A DNA stretch of 64,000 nt from an uncultured Planctomycetaceae bacterium (GCA_963976765.1 CAXBME010000025.1:1-64000), one strand, 5' to 3'. Numbered from the stretch's first letter, positions 37,980-50,098 are shown. The notes: generated by a model from the letters alone, not told the origin. Numbers and translations are program-made.

Positions 37980-38792
37980 TCAGACTTCTTCCGGCTGAGC
38001 CGGTTGGTCCGGGCGACCACCGAGTTGCTCCCCCTTTGGAGCGTGGACATTCTCGCGGATCCAGATGTTTCGGAAACGCGTTTTGTTTCCATGAAACTGG
38101 AGCGAAAGAGACTCCTTCTCGCCGTGCTTCGAGTATTTCGGCGGGGCAACGTACGACGTTCCGCCCTGAAGCTCAAAATGATTCTGCACGACGACGCCAT
38201 TCTGCAGAACAGTCACATAGCCGGACGACTTCAGCGAGCCATCGTCATTGAATCTCGGAGCCGTGAACAGGATGTCGTACGTCTGCCATTCGCCCGGTTT
38301 CCGACAGGCATTGACGATCGGTGGAGTCTGTTTGTAGATCGCGCCGCACTGCCCATCGTAGTAAGTCGTGTTTTCGTACGAGTCCAGCACCTGCACCTCA
38401 TATCGCCCCATCAGATAGACGCCGCTGTTTCCTCGTCCCTGCCCGCTGCCTTTCACTTCAGACGGTGTGGCGAACTCAAGGTGTAACTGACAGTCGCCGA
38501 ACTTCTGCCTGGTATTGATGCTTCCACCTGCCGTCGTCGCTGCACCGTCTTTGATAATCCACTTCTCGCCGCCGTGCCAGGCATCGAGATTCGTTCCGTC
38601 AAACAGAACGATCGCATCCGACGGAGGCTGATCAGGACCACCGGGATCGATAACCGTCGGCTCGTTCCAGTAGATACCGCTTTTGTATTCCTGCCAGAAA
38701 AGAGCGGCCGTCAACGTCCCGCTGCAGGACACAAAAACCGCAAGCATCGTGACAACAGTCAGACGCACGAGTGGTCGATTCATTGAGTGCAT
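37980..38792 (-). CDS. DUF1080 family secreted protein (start uncertain, 38783-38816)
   Basis: PPSDAIVLFDGTNL, FGDCQLHLEF, GRGNSGVY, YEVQVLDS, WQTYDI, LQFHG, FRNIWIR. Confidence 0.88.
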   Translation of the reverse strand: MHSMNRPLVRLTVVTMLAVFVSCSGTLTAALFWQEYKSGIYWNEPTVIDPGGPDQPPSDAIVLFDGTNLDAWHGGEKWIIKDGAATTAGGSINTRQKFGDCQLHLEFATPSEVKGSGQGRGNSGVYLMGRYEVQVLDSYENTTYYDGQCGAIYKQTPPIVNACRKPGEWQTYDILFTAPRFNDDGSLKSSGYVTVLQNGVVVQNHFELQGGTSYVAPPKYSKHGEKESLSLQFHGNKTRFRNIWIRENVHAPKGEQLGGRPDQPAQPEEV

Positions 38793-38880
38793 GATGATTG
38801 TTCCTGATGAATTCATACTTCGTTATCGTTTTGAAAAGTCACTCGTCGACCGTGTTCCGCACCTGAAACGGGCACGAGTC

Positions 38881-39828
38881 TTACGCTTCCTTATCGATCA
38901 GTGCGTCAACAAAGTTGTCCGGATCAAAGACGTCCAGATCATCGATCTTCTCGCCAAGGCCAACGTACTTCACAGGGATCCCCATCGTTTGACGAATCGC
39001 GATGGCCACACCACCTTTGGCCGAGCCATCCAGTTTGGCCAGAATCAGCCCTGAACATTCAACCGTTTCAGAAAAGTGCTTCGCCTGACTGAGACCGTTT
39101 TGACCAGTCGTCGCGTCCAGAACCAGCAATGCCTCGTGAGGCGCTCCGGGAATCCGCTTTGAAATCACGCGGTAGATCTTGTGTAGCTCGTCCATCAGAT
39201 TCTGATGAGTCTGCAGCCGCCCGGCAGTATCGATGATGATAACGTCGACGCCTTTTTCGATCCCGACGTCACATCCAGTGTAGGCAACGCTGGCCGGGTC
39301 GGTCCCAGCTGGTTTGGTGACGATCTCGCAGCCGAGCCGCTCGCTCCACATCGTCAACTGTTCGACAGCCGCGGCGCGAAATGTGTCGCCCGCTGCGAGC
39401 AGAACTGTCCGGCCTGACTTCTGAATCAGGTTCGCGAGCTTGGCGATCGATGTCGTCTTGCCAACTCCGTTAACACCGGAGACAAGAATCACCGTCGGAC
39501 CGTCGCTCTGCAGATTCAATGGCGAAACGGGATCACCGGCGTCGTATCGGACATCCTCGTCACCTTTCAACAGCGAGCGAAGTTTCTCTTTGACAGTCCC
39601 CCAGATGGCGTCGACATCAACCGTTCGCCCACCATGTTTCTCGCGCACTTCCGTCACGATCTGCTGAGCCGCCGTGAACCCCATATCAGACAACAGCAGC
39701 CTTTTTTCAAACTCCTGCAGCTTGGCTTCGTCGAGAATCTCGCCAGCCTTGAACAGGTCTCGAACGTCCGTCCGCAACAGATCTGTCGTCTTCTTAAGGG
39801 CTCCTTTGAGCTTCTTAAAAAATCCCAT
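38881..39828 (-). CDS. ftsY: Signal recognition particle receptor (short form, no acidic domain)
   Basis: MGFFKKLK amphipathic start; GVNGVGKTT, DTFRAAA, DTAGR, DATTGQN, KLDGSAKGG. Confidence 0.95.
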   Translation of the reverse strand: MGFFKKLKGALKKTTDLLRTDVRDLFKAGEILDEAKLQEFEKRLLLSDMGFTAAQQIVTEVREKHGGRTVDVDAIWGTVKEKLRSLLKGDEDVRYDAGDPVSPLNLQSDGPTVILVSGVNGVGKTTSIAKLANLIQKSGRTVLLAAGDTFRAAAVEQLTMWSERLGCEIVTKPAGTDPASVAYTGCDVGIEKGVDVIIIDTAGRLQTHQNLMDELHKIYRVISKRIPGAPHEALLVLDATTGQNGLSQAKHFSETVECSGLILAKLDGSAKGGVAIAIRQTMGIPVKYVGLGEKIDDLDVFDPDNFVDALIDKEA

Positions 39829-39880
39829 CGATGTGCTTTCTCTGAACCCGTCTTTGCTGACGGTAATTATTGACTGATAT

Positions 39881-41377
39881 TTATTGACCAAGTTGGCTTC
39901 TGAATTCGTCGAGCTTTGCGGCGGCGGCATCCCACGCGTCGCCGTCTGCCGGTTCGTAGTCTTTCAATTCTGACGACGCTCGAACGACCTGCCGAATATC
40001 GTCGAGCGACCCGATCTCTCCAGCGGTCCGTGCCTGAATGAGAATGTTGCCAATCCCCGTTCCCTCGTCCGGCCCGGCCACGACAGAACATCCGCAGGCG
40101 CTAGCTGTGAACTGATTGAGCAATTCATTTTTTGTTCCGCCGCCGACGATGTGGACGACTTCAACCTTCGTCCCTTCAAGTTCTTCCATCCAGCGCAGAA
40201 CCTGTCGGTATTTCAAGGCGAGAGCTTCCAGGCAGCAACGCACCATCTGACCGTCAGTTTCCGGTTCAGGCTGCCCCGTCTCCCGACACCAGCTGGCAAT
40301 GGCCGCAGGCATGTCATCCGGACTGAGGAACCGGCTGTCATCGGGATCGATGAGGGACCGGAATGCCGGAGCCTCGCCCGCAAGTTGTGTCAGCTTTGTG
40401 TAGTCATACGATCGTCCCTGACGCTCGAAAGAAGCTCGGCACTGTTGAACCAGCCACAGCCCCATGATGTTCTTAAGAAGCCGATACGTGCCATCAACGC
40501 CGCCCTCGTTCGTAACGTTGAGTTCCAAAGCCCGCTTCGAAATGTTCGCCTTCGGAATCTCAAGCCCCATCAGTGACCAGGTTCCCGAGCTGATGTAGGC
40601 CCAGTTCGACGATCCCGTTTTTCGGGTCGGAACAGCAACGACCGCCGACCCCGTATCGTGAGTCGCCGGAGCCACGACGTTGAACCGCGAACAGCCAGCC
40701 TGTCGAGCGATATCTTCCCGCAACATACCCAGGTTCGTACCAGGATCGACAACGTTCGGGAACATCTGCGTCGGCAGGCCGAGCTTCCCAAGCATGTCAA
40801 ACGCCCAGTCACGAGTCGTCGCGTTGAAGCACTGGCTGGTCGTCGCATTCGTAAACTCGACCACTTTGCTGCCACACAGCAGCCAGTTCAGAAAGTCGGG
40901 AATCATCAGAAACGTCGCGGCCTGCTCCATCAGTTTCGGATTCTTCTGATTCATCGCGACGAGCTGGTACAGCGTGTTGATCTCCATGAACTGGAGACCC
41001 GTCTGATTGAAAATATCGGCTCGCGGCACCTGCGTGAATGAGTGCTCCATCAGGCCGTTCGTCCGCGAGTCGCGATAGCAATATGGCAACCCAAGCAGTT
41101 CCTCAGTCTCGGAAAGCAACGCGAAATCGACACCCCAGGTATCAACGCCGATCGACTGAATGGCGTCGCCAAACTCCGTCGCTCCCCTGGCGATACCAGT
41201 CTGAATCTCCCGCCAGAGATTCACCAGATCCCAGCGCAGCGTTCCGCCAACCGAAACAGGACCATTCCGAAACCGATGCAGTTCCTGAGTGCGCACGGTC
41301 GAACCGTCGAACAACCCGGCCAGAACTCGACCGCTTTCAGCTCCAAGATCCACGCAAAGGTAACACTGCTGCGCCAT
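39881..41377 (-). CDS. rhaB: Rhamnulokinase (FGGY carbohydrate kinase)
   Basis: [54 protein letters not shown]. Confidence 0.85.
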   Translation of the reverse strand: MAQQCYLCVDLGAESGRVLAGLFDGSTVRTQELHRFRNGPVSVGGTLRWDLVNLWREIQTGIARGATEFGDAIQSIGVDTWGVDFALLSETEELLGLPYCYRDSRTNGLMEHSFTQVPRADIFNQTGLQFMEINTLYQLVAMNQKNPKLMEQAATFLMIPDFLNWLLCGSKVVEFTNATTSQCFNATTRDWAFDMLGKLGLPTQMFPNVVDPGTNLGMLREDIARQAGCSRFNVVAPATHDTGSAVVAVPTRKTGSSNWAYISSGTWSLMGLEIPKANISKRALELNVTNEGGVDGTYRLLKNIMGLWLVQQCRASFERQGRSYDYTKLTQLAGEAPAFRSLIDPDDSRFLSPDDMPAAIASWCRETGQPEPETDGQMVRCCLEALALKYRQVLRWMEELEGTKVEVVHIVGGGTKNELLNQFTASACGCSVVAGPDEGTGIGNILIQARTAGEIGSLDDIRQVVRASSELKDYEPADGDAWDAAAAKLDEFRSQLGQ

Positions 41378-41428
41378 GGGGCGGCTCCTGAGAATTCGTC
41401 AACATGCGGGGTTATTGGCAAGGACACC

Positions 41429-41496
41429 GTAGGGCGAGTCTTGACCCACTAACCGACGTCCTGGTCGCAACAAAGGTGCGCCAAAACGCACCCTGC
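41429..41496. repeat. Degenerate inverted REP-like pair (GGTGCG family)
   Basis: GTAG-GGCGAGTC-TT-GACCCAC ... GGTGCG-CCAAAA-CGCACC-CTGC; same family as 50644-50733. Confidence 0.55.
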
Positions 41497-41573
41497 ATCA
41501 AATTGCCAACCTGCGATGACGCACGGTCGGCCCGGATGCGGCGGATAATAGCGGCAGCCTGGCGACGCGTGAA

Positions 41574-43145
41574 TCAACGCACGGCGATCGCTCGAACGAG
41601 TTCTTCAACTCGCGAGGCATCTTTGCCCGCCGAATCTGACTGTTTTCGCGGCAGCCGGACAGAAAACGTACTGCCCATGCCAGGACCGTCGCTGCGAGCT
41701 TCAATCGTCCCGCCATGATCCCCGACAATTCGGTCGCTGATCGAAAGCCCCAGCCCAGTCCCTTCGCCGGTAGGCTTCGTCGTGTAGAACGGCTCGAACA
41801 GGTGGTCGATCGTTTCCTGATCCATTCCCGCACCGTCATCGACAAAGTGAATCTCGACCCAGTCGATCTGTTCGTGCAGCTCGACCTTCAACGTCCCCTT
41901 TGCCCCAGTTGAGTCCAGCGCGTTGGCGACAAGGTTCAAAGCAACCTGCTTGATCTCCGGCCCGCTGATTTCGATCTCACACGGGGCCTGTCGCTCAAAC
42001 TCGACACGACACTCGCGGTACTTTTTCATATGAGTAATCAGCGAAAGCACCTCGCGCAGAATGAAACAGACATCCTGCTGAGTTTTCGCCGAGTCGTGAT
42101 TTCGAGAAAAATCCAGCAACCGCTTCGTGATTTCCTGACAGCGTTCGGACTCCGACTGAATCATCGCGACATACTGCTGCACAACCGCCGCGTCATCGTC
42201 CGGAGCGTCGTGCAGCAATTCAGCTAATCGAGATTCCAGCGACTCCCCTGCCCATCGAATTGCGGATAGCGGATTGTTAATTTCATGAGCGACCCCCGCC
42301 GCCAGAAGCCCGACGCTTGCCAGCCGCTCGGACCGCACCAGTTGCCGACTTCGATCCTGCACCTGCCGATCGAGATTTGCGGCCGTTTCCTGAAACCGTT
42401 CGCTCATCCGGTTGAACGATTCAGCCAGCTCGCCCATCTCGTCAGCCGAGTCAACTTTTACCCGATAACTGAAATCCCCCTGGGCCACTCGCCGAGCCCC
42501 CTGGTGCATCGCACTGATTGGCTGAAAAATCTGCCGCCAGCCGAATCGCACCAGCCCCGCCAGCAACAGCACAACGACCCCGCTGCAAACCCCAACCAGC
42601 GTCATGCTTGAGCGGTAATCGCGGCGAGCGTCTTTCAATCGGTCGCGCAATCCGTCTGGCAGTTCGTCGAGTTCCGCCGCCGCAAACTCAATGCGATCGA
42701 GTTTCGCCTGAAGATCATCGATCCCGACATCGCCGCCCGGTTCGCGCAACCAGGTCGCAATCTGGGACAAGCCCTGATCAATCTCGCCGATCATCAACCA
42801 CGTCACGGCATACTGAGACTGCGTTGCCGTCGGCAGCTCACTGAGCCGTTTCTGATAACGGGCACATTCATCATGGGCTCGTCCAAGCCGGACCAGCAAC
42901 TCGTCACGGTCGAACGCCTCGACAACCTGCCCCCCCTTCTGCGGCAGCGTCCAGCGAAGCCTCGCGACGGCCCGAGTCACATCTGCAGCAGACGCCGCCG
43001 AACGGTCATCGATCGCCGGATCTTTCACCAGGTTGCGGTACGATGAAAGCCCCCACAGCCCGCTGAGCGAAAGCACGGCCAGCATGACCACGACAAGGCT
43101 CAGCCCAAAGACCATCTTCCGCCGGATTGATCGGGTAACAAACAC
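41574..43145 (-). CDS. Membrane HAMP-domain sensor histidine kinase (likely GTG start 43145)
   Basis: Two TMs, HAMP (DEMGELAESFNRM), H-box VAHEINNPL, NLVANA, DDGAGM, FEPFYTTK, GTGLGL. Confidence 0.92.
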   Translation of the reverse strand: MFVTRSIRRKMVFGLSLVVVMLAVLSLSGLWGLSSYRNLVKDPAIDDRSAASAADVTRAVARLRWTLPQKGGQVVEAFDRDELLVRLGRAHDECARYQKRLSELPTATQSQYAVTWLMIGEIDQGLSQIATWLREPGGDVGIDDLQAKLDRIEFAAAELDELPDGLRDRLKDARRDYRSSMTLVGVCSGVVVLLLAGLVRFGWRQIFQPISAMHQGARRVAQGDFSYRVKVDSADEMGELAESFNRMSERFQETAANLDRQVQDRSRQLVRSERLASVGLLAAGVAHEINNPLSAIRWAGESLESRLAELLHDAPDDDAAVVQQYVAMIQSESERCQEITKRLLDFSRNHDSAKTQQDVCFILREVLSLITHMKKYRECRVEFERQAPCEIEISGPEIKQVALNLVANALDSTGAKGTLKVELHEQIDWVEIHFVDDGAGMDQETIDHLFEPFYTTKPTGEGTGLGLSISDRIVGDHGGTIEARSDGPGMGSTFSVRLPRKQSDSAGKDASRVEELVRAIAVR

Positions 43146-43389
43146 GCGGCTCCTCCCTGAAGCAATGACAGCGTGCGCAGAACGACGACGAGAAAACTGA
43201 TCCGCGAAATCTAACAAACCTTAAGCCGTCGTCGAACCCGGATCGAGACATGCCGATCACTTCTCAAGAAGGCTGAACCACGAAAAACTCGAAAGACACT
43301 AGAATGATCACTCCGTTCTCGCGTTTTCCGTAGTTATCTCTCGTCAGAAGTGGTGAGTCAGCAGGGTGGGCGGGCCTACCGTACAGAAG

Positions 43390-44844
43390 TCAAACCAGCA
43401 AATCGTCAACGACGTTTCCGTGGACATCGGTGAGACGGTAGCGGCGGCCCTGAAAGCGGAACGTCAGCTTCGTATGGTCGATTCCCAGGCAGTGGAGCAG
43501 CGTGGCGTGCAGGTCGTGGACGTGGACGGGGTTCTCGGTGATGTTGTAACTGAAGTTGTCCGTGCCGCCGTACGTCTGCCCGCCTTTAATCCCGCCTCCG
43601 GCCAGCCACAGACTGAAGCATCGCGGGTGATGATCTCTTCCGTAGTCATCCTTCGTCAGATTTCCCTGGCAATAGACAGTTCGACCGAACTCTCCCCCCC
43701 AGACGACCAGTGTGTCATCGAGCAGACCTCGCTGCTTGAGGTCCAGCACGAGCGCCGCCGAAGCCTGATCCGTGTCTTTGCATTGTTTGCCAATGGCCGT
43801 TGGAAGCCTTGAATGCTGATCCCAGCCCCGGTGGAAGAGTTGAGTGAACCGGACGCCTCGCTCCGCCAGGCGTCGAGCCAGCAGACAGTTGTAAGCAAAA
43901 GTGCCGGGTATCTTCGCGTCCTGCCCGTAGAGTTCGAAAATGTGGTCCGGCTCGGAAGACAAATCGATCAGGTCCGGCACCGATGTCTGCATCCGAAAAG
44001 CCATTTCGTACTGAGCGATTCGAGTCGTGATTTCCTGATCTCCGGATTCTTCAAACTTCAGCGAGTTCAATTTCTCAAGATCGTCCAGCATCTGCCTGCG
44101 AGTGCCACTGTCAACACCCTTCGGATTTGACAGAAACAAAACGGGATCACCAGCCGATCGAAACCGGACACCCTGGTACTTCGTCGGTAGAAACCCACTA
44201 CCCCACAACCGATCGTAGAGAGGCTGCCCGCCCTCGCCCGAGACCATTGCCACGAAAGCCGGCAGGTCATCGTTATCACTGCCCAGCCCGTACGACAGCC
44301 AGGAACCAATGCTCGGCCGGCCCGCTAGTTGAAAACCTGTCTGAAAGAATGTTATTGCCGGATCGTGGTTGATCGCTTCGGTGAACATCGACCGGACGAT
44401 GCAGATGTCGTCGGCAATTTTCGCGGTGTGCGGCAGCAGTTCGCTGAGGTTGGCTCCCGACTCACCGTGCCGCTTGAACTTGAACATCGATGGAGCCACC
44501 GGAAAGCTCTCCTGCTTCGACGTCATCCCCGTCAGGCGCTGCCCCTTCCGAATTGAATCCGGCAATTCAGTCGCGCGCAGATTTGCCAGAGCCGGTTTTT
44601 CATCGAACAGGTCAATCTGAGAGGGCGCTCCGGATTGAAACAGATAGATCACCCGCTTCGCCTTCACCGGAAGATTCGGCAATCCATCGATCCCCGGAGC
44701 ATTCGCCTTCGGCGCCGCTTCCGATTCCCGAGCCAGCAACGAAGCTAACGCCACAGTGCCGATTCCTGATGCCGCCTGTGAAAGAAAAGCACGCCGACCA
44801 GCAACAGTAAACGGTTCTCCAAAATGGTTGGACATGATGGTCAT
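43390..44844 (-). CDS. DUF1501 family protein
   Basis: Tat-like [60 protein letters not shown]; start overlaps the upstream stop (ATGA). Confidence 0.92.
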   Translation of the reverse strand: MTIMSNHFGEPFTVAGRRAFLSQAASGIGTVALASLLARESEAAPKANAPGIDGLPNLPVKAKRVIYLFQSGAPSQIDLFDEKPALANLRATELPDSIRKGQRLTGMTSKQESFPVAPSMFKFKRHGESGANLSELLPHTAKIADDICIVRSMFTEAINHDPAITFFQTGFQLAGRPSIGSWLSYGLGSDNDDLPAFVAMVSGEGGQPLYDRLWGSGFLPTKYQGVRFRSAGDPVLFLSNPKGVDSGTRRQMLDDLEKLNSLKFEESGDQEITTRIAQYEMAFRMQTSVPDLIDLSSEPDHIFELYGQDAKIPGTFAYNCLLARRLAERGVRFTQLFHRGWDQHSRLPTAIGKQCKDTDQASAALVLDLKQRGLLDDTLVVWGGEFGRTVYCQGNLTKDDYGRDHHPRCFSLWLAGGGIKGGQTYGGTDNFSYNITENPVHVHDLHATLLHCLGIDHTKLTFRFQGRRYRLTDVHGNVVDDLLV

Positions 44845-47800
44845 TCCTTTGTGACGGCTTCATCGAGGTTGATGACTGTGCTGCAAATCGTTGTCCAGGC
44901 GGCGAGTTCGGCAGGATGTAACTCTTCAGTCATCGGCCACTCGCCGGTTTGAACCAGGACTTTCGCCGCAGCTTCGTTTTTCGCAAATCGGTCTCGATGA
45001 TGACTCAGACCCGCGAGCAGAATCGCTCTTTCACGGTCACTCGGCAGGCGACTCAGCAATCGTTCAAAAATGCGATCGAGTCGCTGCTCGTCGTTGTCGC
45101 ACTTTGACAGCGTGTTCTGAGCCAGTACCCGAGCCGCTTCGACAAAAGTCACATCGTTGAGCAGGTTGAGTGCCTGCAACGGTGTGTTGGTTCGAGTCTG
45201 CCGGACTTCGCAGAATTCACGACCGGCCGCGTCGAAGTTGGCCATCATGGGCGGCGCGACAGTTCTCTTCCAATAGGTGTAAAGGCTGCGGCGATACAGA
45301 TCCGGACCGTGGTCCTGCTCGTAAGTTGTGTCCGAAGCGATTTCCTTCAGTAGCCCTTCAGGTTGATAAGGACGCACTGATGGCCCGCCGAGTTTCTCAG
45401 TCAACATCCCGCTGGCCAGTAAAGCCTGATCGCGAATCATCTCAGCCGACAACCGCCCGCGCGGCCCGCGAGCAAGCAGTCGGTTCTCAGGATCAGAGTT
45501 ATTCCGACTTCCGCTTTCTGCATTCCGACTTCGCGACGTCTGCCGATACGCGTTGCTCGTCACGATCGTCCTGATAAGCCGCTTCACGTCCCAACCGGAT
45601 TCCATGAACTCAACAGCGAGCCAGTCGAGCAACTCCGGATGGCTGGGCCGCTCGCCCTGGACACCGAAGTCTTCGGTCGTTTTGACGATGCCCGTTCCGA
45701 AAATGTCCCGCCAGAATCGATTCACGATGACGCGAGCCGTCAGCGGGTTGTCTCGACTGACCAGCCAGCGTGCGAGCCCCAGCCGATCTTTCGATGTATT
45801 TTCAGGCAAGGGCGGTAGTGCTGCCGGAGTATCAAACGTAACCCGCTCTCCTGGTCGGTCGTACTGGCCACGTTGCAGAACATGAGTCTCGCGCGGAGTT
45901 TGCATTTCCTGCATGACCATGACGGTTGGAACCACGCGACGAAACTCAAATAATCCACTTCGAGTTTGATCCGCGTTCCCGACAATCGATATCAAAGACT
46001 CAGGACCGCCGACACGCGAGAAGTAATAAGTCAGTTTATCCAGTGCCAGAGGCGACGTATCTTCCACAGACACTGCAAGAAGCTCTTTGATACTGCGGGG
46101 TTCAGCGAGTGACGAAACCTCAGCGTCTTCAATCACTCGGTCATAAATTCGAACTTCGTCGATGAAGCCATAAAAGTTTGAGTTTCCAGCACCAATCCGT
46201 ACGGGCTCATCCGACTCAAACGACTGATTGATACCGTCAAGATTTACTTTGCGGTCGGCCTCTATTCCGTCGATGAAAATTCGAATCGAATCCGAAGTAC
46301 GAGTTCCATCGTAAGTTGCCAGAAGATGAACCCAGCGACCCGTTGGAATGGCATCGATCGTCTCAACTCTTAGCGAATCGTCGAGCCAGCGTTTCACCAG
46401 ATTGAGCTGGACTTTTCCGTCACTGGCAATGTGCAGGTTGTATCCTGCTCCGCGGTCAATCAACTCCATTTTTGAAACGATCGTGCCCGACCTAAGTTCC
46501 GGCATAAGGACATGAGCCGATATCGAGAATCGGTCGAAGTAGCCAAACTTTCCGCCTTCCGGGATCTCGATCAAACCTCGACCATCAAGTTCAATGGCAT
46601 TCCCGACTCGGCCAGCGGCAAACCTCATACTGCCGAATTCTGATGTACTGACCTGCTCGCTGTCCGACGTGTCAGAATCGACAAGCGTCGCTTCAACGGA
46701 ATCAAGCGGCGCGTGGAGGTGCAACTGTCGATCTATCTGCCAGTTGTCAGGCAGTAGATCCTGCTGCATTTTCCAGCCACCGTTCCGCCATTTTGTGAAT
46801 TGCTTCTGAAGTCTGGGGCTAACTGCATCGAATTGCTCCATTGCAGCAGTGTACTCGCCATTCAGGCGGCTCAGTTCAGCGACCTGCTCAAGAGTCGGAG
46901 CGAGGATCCACGGTGGCGAGTTGCCTTCTTTCAGAGCGCGACCGTTCTCCGGGATGTTGTTGAAGCACGCGAAGAGCTGGTAGTACTCCTTCTGCGAAAT
47001 CGGGTCGAATTTGTGGCTGTGGCATCTTGCGCAGCCCATCGTCAGGCCCTGCCAGACGGTGAATGTTGTGTCGACTCGGTCAACGACGTACTCGACCTGA
47101 AACTCTTCAGGGACGATGCCGCCTTCCGCGTTGCCTCGATGGTTGCGGTTGAAACCGGTGGCGATTTTCTGGTCGAGTGTCGCGTCAGGCAGCAGGTCGC
47201 CGGCAAGTTGCTCGATCGTGAACTGATCAAACGGCATGTTCTGACGAAACGCTTCGATCACCCAGTCACGCCACCTCCACATGTCGCGAGGACCGTCCGT
47301 CTGATAACCGTTGGTGTCTGCGTACCGCGCGGCGTCGAGCCAGCGAATTGTCATTCGCTCCGCATAGCGAGGCGACTTAAGCAGACGATCCACGATTCGT
47401 TCGTAGGCGTTGGGCGAATCGTCCTTCAGGAATTCATCAATCTCGTCAAGTGTTGGCGGCAGACCTGTCAGGTCGAAAGAAACCCGGCGCAGCAGCGTTC
47501 GTTTGTCGGTTGGTTCCGAAGGCTTCAGTCCTTCCTGATCAAGCCTCGCCAGGATGAATGCGTCGACTGGGTTCTTCACCCAGTCGGCGTTCGAAACTTG
47601 CGGCAGCTTCGGCCGGGCTGGAGCAACGAAGGACCAGTGCTGCTGCCAATCGGCGCCGGACTCGATCCACATCTTAATCGCTGAGATCTGCTCGACAGTC
47701 AGCATTCTCCCTGAATCCGATGGCGGCATGATCTCGTCGGGATCCGCCGAAGTAATCCGTCGAAACAGCTCGCTCTTCGCAAAGCTGCCGGGAACAACAC

Positions 47801-48044
47801 TCGAATACCCATCGGGCTTTCGAAAGAGCCCGTCATGCGTATCAAGCCGCAGTTCTGCCTGGCGTTGCTCTGCGTCCGGGCCATGACATTCGAAACAGTT
47901 GTCTGAAAGAATTGGCCGAATGTCCCGGTTGAAGTCGACGGTCGCCGGTTCAGCAGAAGACGCAGCCTCGATCAGACCGCTAAAACAGATCGCCGCCGCG
48001 AGAGCGAACGTTCGGCCAACGATTTCAGGAATCAGCCGGTGCAT
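44841..48044 (-). CDS. Planctomycete cytochrome c / DUF1549 / LamG-like / DUF1553 protein (start uncertain, 48044-48134)
   Basis: [37 protein letters not shown], concanavalin-like middle region ([10 protein letters not shown]...GFIDEVRIY), [30 protein letters not shown]. Confidence 0.92.
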   Translation of the reverse strand: MHRLIPEIVGRTFALAAAICFSGLIEAASSAEPATVDFNRDIRPILSDNCFECHGPDAEQRQAELRLDTHDGLFRKPDGYSSVVPGSFAKSELFRRITSADPDEIMPPSDSGRMLTVEQISAIKMWIESGADWQQHWSFVAPARPKLPQVSNADWVKNPVDAFILARLDQEGLKPSEPTDKRTLLRRVSFDLTGLPPTLDEIDEFLKDDSPNAYERIVDRLLKSPRYAERMTIRWLDAARYADTNGYQTDGPRDMWRWRDWVIEAFRQNMPFDQFTIEQLAGDLLPDATLDQKIATGFNRNHRGNAEGGIVPEEFQVEYVVDRVDTTFTVWQGLTMGCARCHSHKFDPISQKEYYQLFACFNNIPENGRALKEGNSPPWILAPTLEQVAELSRLNGEYTAAMEQFDAVSPRLQKQFTKWRNGGWKMQQDLLPDNWQIDRQLHLHAPLDSVEATLVDSDTSDSEQVSTSEFGSMRFAAGRVGNAIELDGRGLIEIPEGGKFGYFDRFSISAHVLMPELRSGTIVSKMELIDRGAGYNLHIASDGKVQLNLVKRWLDDSLRVETIDAIPTGRWVHLLATYDGTRTSDSIRIFIDGIEADRKVNLDGINQSFESDEPVRIGAGNSNFYGFIDEVRIYDRVIEDAEVSSLAEPRSIKELLAVSVEDTSPLALDKLTYYFSRVGGPESLISIVGNADQTRSGLFEFRRVVPTVMVMQEMQTPRETHVLQRGQYDRPGERVTFDTPAALPPLPENTSKDRLGLARWLVSRDNPLTARVIVNRFWRDIFGTGIVKTTEDFGVQGERPSHPELLDWLAVEFMESGWDVKRLIRTIVTSNAYRQTSRSRNAESGSRNNSDPENRLLARGPRGRLSAEMIRDQALLASGMLTEKLGGPSVRPYQPEGLLKEIASDTTYEQDHGPDLYRRSLYTYWKRTVAPPMMANFDAAGREFCEVRQTRTNTPLQALNLLNDVTFVEAARVLAQNTLSKCDNDEQRLDRIFERLLSRLPSDRERAILLAGLSHHRDRFAKNEAAAKVLVQTGEWPMTEELHPAELAAWTTICSTVINLDEAVTKE

Positions 48045-48281
48045 GACGGAGCAATCCATGTGAAGCCTCAAATCCAGGTTACCGACCGGGCAGTTTCTTA
48101 GAGTCTTACGGTCAGTGATACTCACAAACGGCACGCAACTTTTAAAGTCGCAGGCACACAGAGTGTGCCGTAATCAGCATTCAACACCGGGCAGCGGCAC
48201 ACGCAGTATGCCTGTGATCCTGGTGGCCGCTCCAGCTTGCCAGGAACATGTGGGAAAATACGTCCCGACTTCTCCTGTCGG

Positions 48282-48352
48282 GTAAGCCGACGGCGTTAGC
48301 CGCAGACCGCAATCAACACAGAAAAGGCCCGAGGCTAGCGACTTCGCGCTCA
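48282..48352. repeat. Degenerate intergenic inverted repeat (REP-like)
   Basis: GTAAGCCGACGGCGTTAGCCGC ... GAGGCTAGCGACTTCGCGCTCA, imperfectly complementary arms abutting the stop codon of the NuoM-like gene. Confidence 0.45.
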
Positions 48353-50098
48353 TCATTCCGCGCTCGGTGTCACCTTCGCAAGAGACAACGTCTTCGCAGG
48401 CTCGTCGTTTACCAGCTGGTTCGAGTCGCCAGTCGAGAGCGCTGCCTCAGCTTCATCTGAATCGAAAAATGGCGGAGGCCCCAGAATCCATTGTGGCGAG
48501 ATGGCCGCGGCGGCAAGAACGAATACGATCGGCATGAGCGGGACGACGCGGTGACCAGTCATCGGCGTTGTTGTTCCATCCTCGCTGATGCTCGTGAATC
48601 GCGAGCTTGTCGGCAGAAATACTCGCCAGCTTTGCCGCAACGAGATCGCCATCAGGCAGGCAACACTGAGCAACCAGAAGGCACCGGCAGCGTCTCGTCG
48701 AAAGACCGACTGCAGGATCAGGAACTCGCCCCAGAAAGAACCGCTCAAGGGAAGCACTGACACACCAGTCAGGCCAATCATCACGCACAACCGTCGCACC
48801 CACTCTTCCGCTCGCGACGCCCGACGACGTTTGCTTCCAGACTCATCTTTCGCCGCCACAGAATGCAGAAACAACAACGCGAGCGATCCCCCCGACGAAA
48901 TGCTCAACAACAGTCCGCCCTGAATGCTCGCCGCATCGCCGAAGAAGGCAGTTCCAAAAGCTACGCAACCGCTGACCATTCCGGCGGCGATCAGTTTTCG
49001 TTTCGGATCGTCGATCACGACGACGGAAACAGCCAGGAACAACACCGCGAAAATTGCCCATACAAACAGACGCGGCGCGATCTGAGCAACGTGCTCCGGG
49101 AAAAGCGGCACGAGAATCCAGACGACTCCGTAGAACGAAAGCGGCAGGTAGCCAACAGCCATCATCGCCACGACGCGAGAGTCGGCATGTTCGCTCACTC
49201 GGAACCACCAGTGATGAAACGGCGGCAACGGCAGCCTCAGCAAAAAGCCTGCACACAACGAGACGAACAACCACGGCGACACCGATGTCCATAGATCGCG
49301 AGCCGCTTCCGTTTCAAACGCCAGCCGAGGCATCGCCGACACGATCCGTCGCAAAGAAAATGTCAGATTCGCACTGTCGGGTTCGACCGTTGCCAGCATC
49401 CACCAGTGACAGATCGCCGCACCGATCAGGCCAAACAGAATGAGCATTCCAGACACCGTCTGCGTCCGAAAAAATCGGCGAGCAGCCTCGCGTCTCTTCG
49501 GATCACCGCCCTGCCCGATCAGAAAAAACAGACCGAGCGTCGACACCTGACAGCACATCGCCAGAAGAATGACATCCTGAGCAGCAAACGCTCCGAGCAT
49601 TGCTGATTCGGTCAGCAGCAACCATGAAAGTTTCGAGACCAGCCGCGAATCGTCCGTCGAAATACTCCGAAAGGCCGCCAAGGTTGTCGCCACTGTCAGC
49701 ACAAGAAACCACAGACTGTAACGATTCACCCCGACGGAAAGTCGCACGTCTGGACCGAACGGTCGCCACGGGCCCGACGGAATTTCCGTTTCCGCCCCAC
49801 CCTGCTCCGTCGTCGTGTCAGCAGTCGGTGGCTGTTCCCACTCGGCGAGCCACGACAACGAACTGGTCATCCTCGTCGAAAACTCAGCAGCGTCCGGCAG
49901 CCCTGGTTCAAACCGAGCCACCATGATCACCGCCAGCACTGCGGTCAGCCAGACATTCACCAGCCCCGTAAAGTAAACCGGATCCGCCCCCGACGGTTTC
50001 ATCAAACGAACAAGCCCGGCTCCCACCAGCGGCATCACCACCACCAGCAGAACAACATTGTCCGCAAGACCTGCCCAGAAACGCTCAACCGCTTCCAC
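48353..50098 (-). CDS. Orphan, divergent NuoM-like (Mrp/complex I antiporter-fold) membrane protein
   Basis: FFLIGQGG..RREAARRFF, LRLPLPPFHHW, LPLSGSFWGEFLIL align to NuoM motifs; no other nuo or mrp gene in the window. Confidence 0.75.
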   Translation of the reverse strand: MEAVERFWAGLADNVVLLVVVMPLVGAGLVRLMKPSGADPVYFTGLVNVWLTAVLAVIMVARFEPGLPDAAEFSTRMTSSLSWLAEWEQPPTADTTTEQGGAETEIPSGPWRPFGPDVRLSVGVNRYSLWFLVLTVATTLAAFRSISTDDSRLVSKLSWLLLTESAMLGAFAAQDVILLAMCCQVSTLGLFFLIGQGGDPKRREAARRFFRTQTVSGMLILFGLIGAAICHWWMLATVEPDSANLTFSLRRIVSAMPRLAFETEAARDLWTSVSPWLFVSLCAGFLLRLPLPPFHHWWFRVSEHADSRVVAMMAVGYLPLSFYGVVWILVPLFPEHVAQIAPRLFVWAIFAVLFLAVSVVVIDDPKRKLIAAGMVSGCVAFGTAFFGDAASIQGGLLLSISSGGSLALLFLHSVAAKDESGSKRRRASRAEEWVRRLCVMIGLTGVSVLPLSGSFWGEFLILQSVFRRDAAGAFWLLSVACLMAISLRQSWRVFLPTSSRFTSISEDGTTTPMTGHRVVPLMPIVFVLAAAAISPQWILGPPPFFDSDEAEAALSTGDSNQLVNDEPAKTLSLAKVTPSAE

